From NCBI GenBank assembly GCA_035593605.1, contig DAOSWS010000005.1, positions 52,834-116,833 of the forward strand: a stretch of 64,000 nucleotides of DNA, written 5' to 3'. A program made the position numbers and the translations under genes. Of this stretch, positions 41,001-48,339 are shown piece by piece. Position 1 is the stretch's first letter. Every line of letters begins with the position of its first letter. The stretch is from Thermoanaerobaculia bacterium. GTDB lineage: Bacteria > Acidobacteriota > Thermoanaerobaculia > UBA2201 > DAOSWS01. Below the pieces are notes generated by a model that ran no database searches, was not told the origin of the DNA, and worked only from the letters and a program-made list of their open reading frames with translations.

Positions 41001-43707
41001 TCCCGATGAGGGCGTTTTCATAGAGGCTTCGGAATCGTTCCTCCGATTCACGGATTCGTTCCTCCGAGAGCTTCTTTTCCGTAATGTCATCTTCGATCCC
41101 GATCATGTGCGTGATCGCGCCGTCATCATCTTTCAGAGGAGAAACGGTGAGGTGGACCCAGAATAGTTCACCGGTCTTTTTCCGATTCACAAGTTCTCCA
41201 GACCAGACGTCACCTGCTTTCACCGTTCTCCAAAGGTTCTCATGTACCTGCGGATCGTGATAGTCGGATTGAAGAATATCCGGTGTCTTCCCGATTGCCT
41301 CTTCTCGCGGCCAGCCGGTCACCTGGACGAAACGCTCGTTTACGTACTCGATCGCCCCTTCTGGATTGGTAATAATGATAATACTGCCACTTTGCTCCAC
41401 GGCACTGGAAAGCATGCGCAGTTGAGCCTGTGTCTTTCTTTCCCGGGTCGTATCTCGAATCGTTCCAAGGGTGGCAGGGGCGCCCATGTACTGGATTAAT
41501 CCTGCTGTGATGTGACAGTAAAGACGATGGCCCTCTTTGTGAATGAGGCGGATGTCATATTCAGAGGGAATGCTTTCCCCTGCCTGCCTTCGTGCATATC
41601 GGTCCAGCACCATCTCCTTGTCTTCGGGCGCGAGGATGTCTTCGTACGACACGGCCATAAACTCGGGGTGGGTGTAGCCCAGCATTTCGGCAAAGGCCTC
41701 GTTGGCGAAGATCATCTTTTGCCCCTGAAGGAGAAAAACGCCGTCGTGGATGTGCTCCACCAGAGTGCGGTAATGTTCTTCCGATTCCTTCAGCCTCTGT
41801 TCTGACCGCTTCTGATCCGTGATGTCTTTCAGGGTTCCCAGGCTGGCCACGCTGCCTTTGTAATTCAACAGACCGACGTGCATGAAAACATGGACGCGGG
41901 AACCATTCCGGTGGAGAAGCCTGAATTCGTATTCATCCGGAACGTCCTCTCCAGCCTGGCGTTTTGTGTACCGATCCACTACCCAGTCGTGGTCCTCCGG
42001 GGCGATGATGGAGTCGAAGGGGAGGGAAAGCAGGTCATTGGAACTCATTCCGACCATGCGGGCGAAAGCTTCGTTGACGTATTTGAAAATGTTGTCCTGG
42101 ATTAGAAAGACACCATCTTGGATGTTTTGAAGGAGAGTCCGGTAGTGTTCCTCCGATTCCCGAATTTTTTCTTCCGCCTGCTTCGACTCCGTGATATCAC
42201 GTACAATTCCGCAGATGGAGTGAACCCTGTCCCCTTCCATCTCCAGAGGGACCTGTACGGTATGAAAATAGTGGATTTTTCCACCAATGGTCAGTTCTCG
42301 AATTTCATCGACGATCTCTCCGCTGAAAGCCGCATTATCGACTTCCCGAATAATGGTGGCCGCTTCCGGAGGAAAGAGATCTTCAGGACACTTGCCCAGA
42401 AGCTCTCTCTGGGAGACTCCAAAGAGACGGGCCATGGAAGGATTGACAAAGGTGTACCTGCGGTCCATGTCCTTTATGAAGATGGAGTCTCGCGCGGTTT
42501 CGGTGATGGCTCTAAACCGCGCCTCGCTCTCTTTTACCTTCTTTTCGGCCCTGCGAAGTTCTTCAAGGTTTCTTACAAGAGCGACGGCAATGGGTTCATT
42601 TTTTCCCGTGCGCAGAACTTCTCCGATTCTCCGGAGGCGGACTTCCACGGGAAACTGCGTACCGTCGGCTCTTTTTGCCATCCATTCCACATCGACGGAT
42701 TCCCCGTCCAGGGCTCGTTTGACATATTGAAAGGCCTGCTCCTTTGTGCACCCGTCTCCCATGAACTGTTCGGGATCGTTCTGAAGGATTGCATCCTTAG
42801 AACATTGATACGCCTTCAGGACGTTGGCATTGACGTCGATCAGGCGTCCATCCGCTCCGTGGATAAAGATCATGTCGGGGGATGCATCGTAAATCGCCTG
42901 GAGAAAATCTCTCGCTTCCCTCAGGGATTCTTCCGCATGAACTCTCTCGGTCACATCCTCACCCGATGAGAGGGTGTGCGTGATGAACCCGTTCTCATCC
43001 CGGAGGTAGGTGTTGCGCCATTCGATCAGCCGCTCATCCCCCTTCCTGGTCCGGACCGGGTTGGCGTATTCAGTGAAGGCCTGGACCTGCCCGTGGATCA
43101 GGGATTCAAATACTCCCTTCAGCTCTCCCGCCATCCGGGAGGGAATAAAGGAGTCAAACCAGTTCTTTCCCACAATTTCAGAGACGGAATAGCCAAGAAT
43201 TTCAGCACCCTTCCTGTTGATATGGACAATTTGTGCCTGTGGATTCAGAATTAGAAGGATTACGTTTGCGACATCAAAATACTTCTGAGCCAGGTCGCGC
43301 TGGTGTTCCAGCTCCCGGATGACCGCGATCCTCTCGCTAATGTCTCGAAAAAGTCCCAGAACATGGGTCTTTCCCTCAATTACGAGATTTTTTGCGCTGA
43401 TTTCGACCGGGATGCGCTTTCCGCTGGAATGAACCACTTCCAGCGGCTCGGATATCGCTTTCCCTAAAGCCTTATGATCCTGGAAAATCTTTCTGTAGCG
43501 CTCCCGATCTTCGGGCGGGTGCAGTTCTGACTGATGCTTTCCCAGGATCTGGTCCCGGGGCAGTCCGAGCAGTTCCTCAGACCGGTGGTTGATTTCTACG
43601 ATCACGCCCCTGTCGTCGGCGATAAAAATGGCATCGTTCGCACTGTCCAGAAACGAACGTGCTTCCTCCGGCAGATGGAAGATTCCTGAATCAGACTCAG
43701 GGTCCAT
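38062..43707 (-). CDS. multi-PAS/GAF sensor diguanylate cyclase/phosphodiesterase (GGDEF-EAL)
   Basis: About 10 PAS/PAC units (recurring …NEAF…G(Y/W)…E(E/D)…G motifs) and a GAF. GGDEF (RLGGDEFAIL). C-terminal EAL domain (…QPI…EALIRW…, DDFGTGYSSL). 1881 aa. Confidence 0.85.
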   Translation of the reverse strand: MDPESDSGIFHLPEEARSFLDSANDAIFIADDRGVIVEINHRSEELLGLPRDQILGKHQSELHPPEDRERYRKIFQDHKALGKAISEPLEVVHSSGKRIPVEISAKNLVIEGKTHVLGLFRDISERIAVIRELEHQRDLAQKYFDVANVILLILNPQAQIVHINRKGAEILGYSVSEIVGKNWFDSFIPSRMAGELKGVFESLIHGQVQAFTEYANPVRTRKGDERLIEWRNTYLRDENGFITHTLSSGEDVTERVHAEESLREARDFLQAIYDASPDMIFIHGADGRLIDVNANVLKAYQCSKDAILQNDPEQFMGDGCTKEQAFQYVKRALDGESVDVEWMAKRADGTQFPVEVRLRRIGEVLRTGKNEPIAVALVRNLEELRRAEKKVKESEARFRAITETARDSIFIKDMDRRYTFVNPSMARLFGVSQRELLGKCPEDLFPPEAATIIREVDNAAFSGEIVDEIRELTIGGKIHYFHTVQVPLEMEGDRVHSICGIVRDITESKQAEEKIRESEEHYRTLLQNIQDGVFLIQDNIFKYVNEAFARMVGMSSNDLLSLPFDSIIAPEDHDWVVDRYTKRQAGEDVPDEYEFRLLHRNGSRVHVFMHVGLLNYKGSVASLGTLKDITDQKRSEQRLKESEEHYRTLVEHIHDGVFLLQGQKMIFANEAFAEMLGYTHPEFMAVSYEDILAPEDKEMVLDRYARRQAGESIPSEYDIRLIHKEGHRLYCHITAGLIQYMGAPATLGTIRDTTRERKTQAQLRMLSSAVEQSGSIIIITNPEGAIEYVNERFVQVTGWPREEAIGKTPDILQSDYHDPQVHENLWRTVKAGDVWSGELVNRKKTGELFWVHLTVSPLKDDDGAITHMIGIEDDITEKKLSEERIRESEERFRSLYENALIGIYRTSPDGKVLMANPALVSMLGYSSFEDLSSIDVRESGYKDACTRKEFLEVIHASGTIQGFEAEWKRKDGSSLFVRENSTVVRNDAGEVLYYDGTVEDITSIVKSQRAVIESEVRYRTLIEQASDAIYIVSDDARILQVNQAACNMTGYSKEELIGKLYTELIPERDLKRLPLQIPSLREKRAVLLERTFKRKDGTEFPVEISAVRLPDGTLQGIGRDITDRKRAESIIRDSDHRLRTQNRVLLDLTKSAELSHGDLPAFIRQVTRKAAETLDVERVSVWMFSGDGKQLDCIDLYSRSDDFHDSGIQLAVADFPVYFKSIRESRTIATDDVLTDPRTREFANGYLKPNHISSMIDAQIRIGGEVIGILCHEHIGPRRAWEFDEELFAASMADLVSLAVESSNRKKSETALQESELRYALAAKGANDGLWDWDLKHDTVYYSPRWKSMLGFAEEEISSKPGEWLERIHEDDRLEVESAFQAHLAGLEPHFEREFRIVHRDGTYRWVLARGMAVRDEENRPIRMAGSQTDITDRKRAEEQLLHDAFHDALTLLPNRALFTDRLGQAIERTRRSEETTFAVLHIDLDRFKVINESLGHLIGDRLLIRTGELIRGSLLPGDTVARLGGDEFAILVEDVEDPSEVTRLADRILTSFQSPITIGEHEIYTSACIGISFSHIAHSRPELYLRDAESAMYKAKVLGRGSYAIFEAGMHARAVSILKLENELRSALNRKEFNLHYQPIINLDLSKVHGFEALIRWKHPERGLMTPDDFLTIATDAGYMAEIDRWVIGETCRQLSEWKSLTKESADLSCTVNLSNHILYQPDLPEFIGETLRICNLSPDSLGLEITEGMIMERVEDVTSTLFQLKALGVKLLVDDFGTGYSSLSYLHQFPLDFLKIDRSFIMKMKSPKDRSEIVSTIISLGHHLNMKVMGEGVEMAEQIRALKDLGCNYAQGYHISRPLTARDAADFVKQFDISTILFD

Positions 43708-43847
43708 TGTACTTTAACCGCGGGTTGAGAATTTCATGTGCGCACATCCTGAACACTCGGGCCAGTATAGCACAGTGAGATGGCTTTCAATCCATTGCCG
43801 GGTACGGAACGAGTTGATATACTGGCTGAAACAAACGGGGGTGCTCG

Positions 43848-44663
43848 ATGCAATTTCTTCCCGAGATTTCTTTCGAAACGTTCCAGTGGGTAATCCTGCC
43901 TGTTCCCTTTGAAGCGACCACCAGCTACCTCAAGGGAACCGCCCGTGGGCCGGAGGCCATCATCGAATCCAGTGCGCAACTGGAGGATTTTGACACCATG
44001 GCCGGCCGTGAGGCAATACGGGACCATGGATTTTATACAGACGATACATGGGAATTTTCCGGGTCATTGATAGAGGTGGGGAAACGCGTAGAGTTCTGGC
44101 TGGAAAAGGGAAAAAAGATCCTGGCTCTTGGAGGAGAGCACTCCATCACGATTCCGATCGTACCGGCCTACAAAAAGTATTATCCCGACCTTGCCGTCGT
44201 TCACTTTGACGCTCATGCCGATCTTCGGGACGCCTATGAAGGATCCAGCCTCTCCCATGCCTGTGCCATGCGCAGGGTACTCGATCATGTTCCCATTTAT
44301 TCTCTTGGATTGAGAGCCTATTCCCAGGAAGAAAAGGACCTGATCCTGGAGCGCTCGATACCCGTGCTTCATGCCTGGGAAATGGATGATACAAGCCGTG
44401 TTATTGAGTTTCTGGATCAGGTTCCCCCGAATGTCTATATATCCTTCGATGTAGATGCCGTCGATCCCTCAGAAATTCCCACTACGGGAACGCCTCAGCC
44501 TGGAGGAATCTCGTTTCGGCAGTCGATTACAGCGCTCGGCCACCTTTTTGAACATCGTAATATCGTCGGGGCCGATGTAGTCGAAACGAGGCCGATCGCA
44601 GGGCTGGAATATGGTGTCTTTACCGTGGCCTCACTCTGCCATTTCATGCTTGGCAGGGGATAA
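43848..44663 (+). CDS. agmatinase-like ureohydrolase (arginase family)
   Basis: GGEHSITIP, HFDAHADL and SFDVDAVDP Mn-binding motifs. 271 aa. Confidence 0.7.
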   Translation: MQFLPEISFETFQWVILPVPFEATTSYLKGTARGPEAIIESSAQLEDFDTMAGREAIRDHGFYTDDTWEFSGSLIEVGKRVEFWLEKGKKILALGGEHSITIPIVPAYKKYYPDLAVVHFDAHADLRDAYEGSSLSHACAMRRVLDHVPIYSLGLRAYSQEEKDLILERSIPVLHAWEMDDTSRVIEFLDQVPPNVYISFDVDAVDPSEIPTTGTPQPGGISFRQSITALGHLFEHRNIVGADVVETRPIAGLEYGVFTVASLCHFMLGRG

Positions 44664-45407
44664 GTGGGTCTCGTTCGGGATCAGGCCATTATCCTGGCGA
44701 CCTATCCCATAGGGGAAAAGGATCTCATTGTTGTATTGTTCACCCGATTCTCCGGGAAAAGAAGGGGCGTAGCGCGGGGTGCGAGGGGGAGGAGGAGCCG
44801 CCTGGCCAGTGCGGTAACAACTCTGAACGAAGTCACTCTGACGTTTTACGAATCGGAGGGTCGAGATCTGATCCAGATCCGGGACATGGAGGTTCAGCAC
44901 TCCTCCATGCCTCTGGCTTCCAGGCTTTCCTGTCCAATGGTTCTTCCTTTTCTTACCGAACTTTCTGATCGTTTTTTCCATGAAGGACTGGCTTCGGAAA
45001 GGGGATTCAGGTTGCTGGGCCACGTCCTTTCCGGGTTACGCGGCGGAAATCATGAAGGGATTACGGTTCTTTACAGTGCCCTGTGGATGCTTGTGATTGC
45101 CGGAGTCTTTCCTTCCATACAACTTTGCACGAGTTGCGGCAGGGCTACCGCTGCGATCGATTTTGAAAAGATGGCGTTTCTTTGTTCTTCCTGCGCGGAT
45201 CCCAACTCTTTTCCCGTAAGCCCCGATGTCCTGGATCTGGTGACAACGATGCTGCATGCTCCCATTGACAGCATAGCTCTTCCGCAATCCGGGAGCACCC
45301 TTCGAGATATGGACCGGATCCTGGCGGGATGCAGAAGTCACTACCTGGGGTCTGAACTAAAAACCTACCGTTTCCTCTCAACGTGTGATAAACTCTTTTC
45401 TCCATGA
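44664..45407 (+). CDS. recO: DNA repair protein RecO
   Basis: GTG start. N-terminal OB fold (…RDQAIILATYPIGEKDLIV…). C-terminal CxxC…CxxC zinc finger (CTSCGR…CSSCAD). Confidence 0.8.
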   Translation: MGLVRDQAIILATYPIGEKDLIVVLFTRFSGKRRGVARGARGRRSRLASAVTTLNEVTLTFYESEGRDLIQIRDMEVQHSSMPLASRLSCPMVLPFLTELSDRFFHEGLASERGFRLLGHVLSGLRGGNHEGITVLYSALWMLVIAGVFPSIQLCTSCGRATAAIDFEKMAFLCSSCADPNSFPVSPDVLDLVTTMLHAPIDSIALPQSGSTLRDMDRILAGCRSHYLGSELKTYRFLSTCDKLFSP

Positions 45408-46261
45408 ATCTGCAGGATATCGTGAACGGTCTCCAGGCCTACTGGAGCCGCCAGGGATGCCTTATTGTCCAGCCCTACGACCTGGAAGTAGGGGCGGGAA
45501 CCATGCATCCTGAAACCTTTTTCAGGGTATTGAAACCAGCGCCATGGAGAGTTGCGTACACTCAGCCCTCGCGCCGACCTGCCGATGGAAGATATGGCGA
45601 CAACCCCTTCCGTCTCTACAAGCACCTTCAGTACCAGGTGATCCTGAAGCCCTCTCCCGAGAACGTTCAGGATCTCTACCTGGGGAGTCTGGAGCAGATC
45701 GGAATCGATTTAAAACGTCATGATATCCGTTTTGAAGAAGACAACTGGGAAGCCCCGACACTGGGAGCATGGGGGGTTGGTTGGCAGGTTATGCTCGATG
45801 GAATGGAAATCAGCCAGTTTACCTATTTTCAGCAATCAGGCGGTGTGGAATTGAACCCCATTTCCGTGGAACTGACCTATGGCCTGGAACGGATCACCAT
45901 GTACCTGACCAAGAGCCAGTCCATCTATGACATCCCTTACAATGATACCGTTGCCTATCGGGATGTCCGGTTATGGGAAGAGCGGGAAATGAGTGCCTAC
46001 TATTTTGACACTGCCGATGTGGAAGAGCTGTGGCATCAGTTTTCATTCTGGGAAAGGGAGTGTGAAGCCTGTTTAAGCGAAGAGCTTCTCTATCCGGCCT
46101 ATGAAGGCGTGTTGAAAATGTCGCATCTTTTTAATGTCCTGGATGCGCGGGGGGTCATATCGGTTACACAGCGTGCCTCCGCCATAGGACGAATCCGAAA
46201 CCTTGCCGTGCAGTGCGCCCACAGGTATCTGGACCGTGACAACGCAGACACTGGTTCTTGA
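45404..46261 (+). CDS. glyQ: glycine--tRNA ligase alpha subunit
   Basis: MNLQDIVNGLQAYWSRQGCLIVQPYDLEVGAGTMHPETF is near-canonical GlyQ. ATGA overlap with the recO stop. Confidence 0.9.
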   Translation: MNLQDIVNGLQAYWSRQGCLIVQPYDLEVGAGTMHPETFFRVLKPAPWRVAYTQPSRRPADGRYGDNPFRLYKHLQYQVILKPSPENVQDLYLGSLEQIGIDLKRHDIRFEEDNWEAPTLGAWGVGWQVMLDGMEISQFTYFQQSGGVELNPISVELTYGLERITMYLTKSQSIYDIPYNDTVAYRDVRLWEEREMSAYYFDTADVEELWHQFSFWERECEACLSEELLYPAYEGVLKMSHLFNVLDARGVISVTQRASAIGRIRNLAVQCAHRYLDRDNADTGS

Positions 46262-48329
46262 ACTCCTCCTGGAGGAGATGCCTGCAGGGGTCGTGACCCC
46301 TGCATCGAAGAATCTGAGCGATTCGATCGCACGGCAGCTTTCGGAATTTTCAATCCATTATGAGAGAATTCGGGCCATTTCCACCTCCCGTCGACTGGGA
46401 GTCATGATCGAGGGTCTCTCGGATCGTCAGGAGGATCGGGAGGAACTCGTTACGGGTCCTCCGTGGGATCAGGCGTTCGGTGAAGACGGTACACCGACGA
46501 GGGCGGCAGAAGGATTTGCCCGGTCCCGCCATATCGATGTGAGCGAGCTGGAAAAGGTCGAAACAGACAGGGGACTGTACGCGGGAATCCGTTGCCGGTC
46601 CACCGGGAAGATGACATCTGCGCTCCTGCCCGACATTCTGACCCGGGCTCTGTCAGGACTTCGATTCCCGAGAGAAATGCGCTGGGGAGCGGGGGTCGGA
46701 CCTTTTGTAAGGCCGGTTCACGGTATCCTGGCCCTCCTGGATAGAGAGGTGATTCCCCTTCAATTCATGAATAAGGAATCGACCCGTTCCACTGTCTCTC
46801 ATCGCCAGAAGTCATCACTTCCGCTTTCGATCGAATCAGCTTCGGATTACCCGTCTGTTCTTCAGGGAGCAGATGTGCTTGTATTTCATGAAGACCGAAT
46901 GAAATCATTTCTGGACCAGGTTCGGAACCACGCCTCCTCAGCAGGAGCCCAACCGCCGGAAGGGGATCCGCTTCTCGAGGAATGGGCTTCCATGGTGGAG
47001 TATCCGGGGCAGGTCCGGGGATCACTGAAAGAAGATCTTTTTACGCTCCCGGTTGAAATTCTGGAACAGACCCTGCGCCACCATCAGAAAGCGATACTTC
47101 TGCGAAATCCGGAAGGAAAGGCTATACCGGTTTTTCTGGCGGTCATGGATCGCAGGGAAGATCATGAGGGAGTCGTGCGCCAGGGGCAGGAATGGGTGAT
47201 CCAGGCCCGCCTGGAAGATGCCGGATTCTTTTTCCACGAGGATCGGAAGTTGCCCATGGTCGATCGTGTGGAAGGTCTGAAGGCCCTTTCGTTTCATGAT
47301 CGAGTGGGGAACTACCTTCAGAAAACCGGGCGGATCCAGGAACTTTCAGAATTTCTTGCTCATCAGGTAGGTCAGGGAGATCTTGTTCCCCTCATTCTGC
47401 AGGCGGCCCGCCTGTGCAAGGCTGACCTTGCCACACAGATGGTAGGAGAGTTCCCCGAGCTGCAGGGCATCATCGGAGGAATTTACACGCGGGATGAAGG
47501 TGTCGATGAACGGGTGTGGAAGGCGATCTACCAGCATTACATGCCCCGTTTCCCGGAAGATGCCCTCCCCGATGGTCCGGTAGGAGCCATCGTGGCCCTG
47601 GCCGACCGTATGGATACCCTGGCCTCGCTCTTTGCCGCAGGGGAGATACCCACGGGCTCCCGGGATCCCTTCGGCCTCAGACGCATTGGGAACGGTTTGA
47701 TCCAGATTTTAATGAAGTTCGCGTATGATATTGACCTCGACCTTGTTTTCGCGCGATCGCTCCAGCTTCTGGAGACATCAATTTCCGTAAGCGATGAAGT
47801 ACACAGGGAACTGCGGTCCTTCATGGAAGAGCGACAGGCCTATCTGATGGGACAAAAGGGGTTCTCCGAGGACGAGATCCGCTCGGTGCTGGAAGTCCGT
47901 GCCTCCCATCCCGTGGACGCCCTTGCGCGTCTGACCAGCATCCATGAGTTCAGGGATCAGCAAGATTTCCTGAAATTCATTCTGGCCTTTAAGCGATTGC
48001 GTAATATACTGGGTGATCGGGTCCCGTCAGATATTGACGCCGGCCGCCTGGTGGAGGATGAGGAAAAAAACCTCTACGCGGCCTTTATCCAGGCCAAGGA
48101 ATCGTATTTGAAGTACCTCAACGAGAGAAACTATACCGGAGCACTTCGTGTCATGGAATCTCTCAGCAATCCTTTGGATGTTTTCTTTGACAAGGTGATG
48201 GTAATGACCGAGGATAAGAGTCTCCAGACAAACCGTTTGGCTCTTCTGGGTCATCTCTATCGAGAATTTCTGAAAATCGCGCAATTTTCTAACCTTCAGG
48301 TAGAAAAAGCTCAATATCGGTCCACATAA
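46251..48329 (+). CDS. glyS: glycine--tRNA ligase beta subunit
   Basis: GlyS N-terminal motif LLLEEMPAG… then full-length beta subunit. Start ambiguous: non-ATG (CTG/TTG) near 46251-46257 overlapping the glyQ stop, or ATG at 46278. Confidence 0.8.
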   Translation: MVLELLLEEMPAGVVTPASKNLSDSIARQLSEFSIHYERIRAISTSRRLGVMIEGLSDRQEDREELVTGPPWDQAFGEDGTPTRAAEGFARSRHIDVSELEKVETDRGLYAGIRCRSTGKMTSALLPDILTRALSGLRFPREMRWGAGVGPFVRPVHGILALLDREVIPLQFMNKESTRSTVSHRQKSSLPLSIESASDYPSVLQGADVLVFHEDRMKSFLDQVRNHASSAGAQPPEGDPLLEEWASMVEYPGQVRGSLKEDLFTLPVEILEQTLRHHQKAILLRNPEGKAIPVFLAVMDRREDHEGVVRQGQEWVIQARLEDAGFFFHEDRKLPMVDRVEGLKALSFHDRVGNYLQKTGRIQELSEFLAHQVGQGDLVPLILQAARLCKADLATQMVGEFPELQGIIGGIYTRDEGVDERVWKAIYQHYMPRFPEDALPDGPVGAIVALADRMDTLASLFAAGEIPTGSRDPFGLRRIGNGLIQILMKFAYDIDLDLVFARSLQLLETSISVSDEVHRELRSFMEERQAYLMGQKGFSEDEIRSVLEVRASHPVDALARLTSIHEFRDQQDFLKFILAFKRLRNILGDRVPSDIDAGRLVEDEEKNLYAAFIQAKESYLKYLNERNYTGALRVMESLSNPLDVFFDKVMVMTEDKSLQTNRLALLGHLYREFLKIAQFSNLQVEKAQYRST

Positions 48330-48339
48330 GGAGGTCTTC

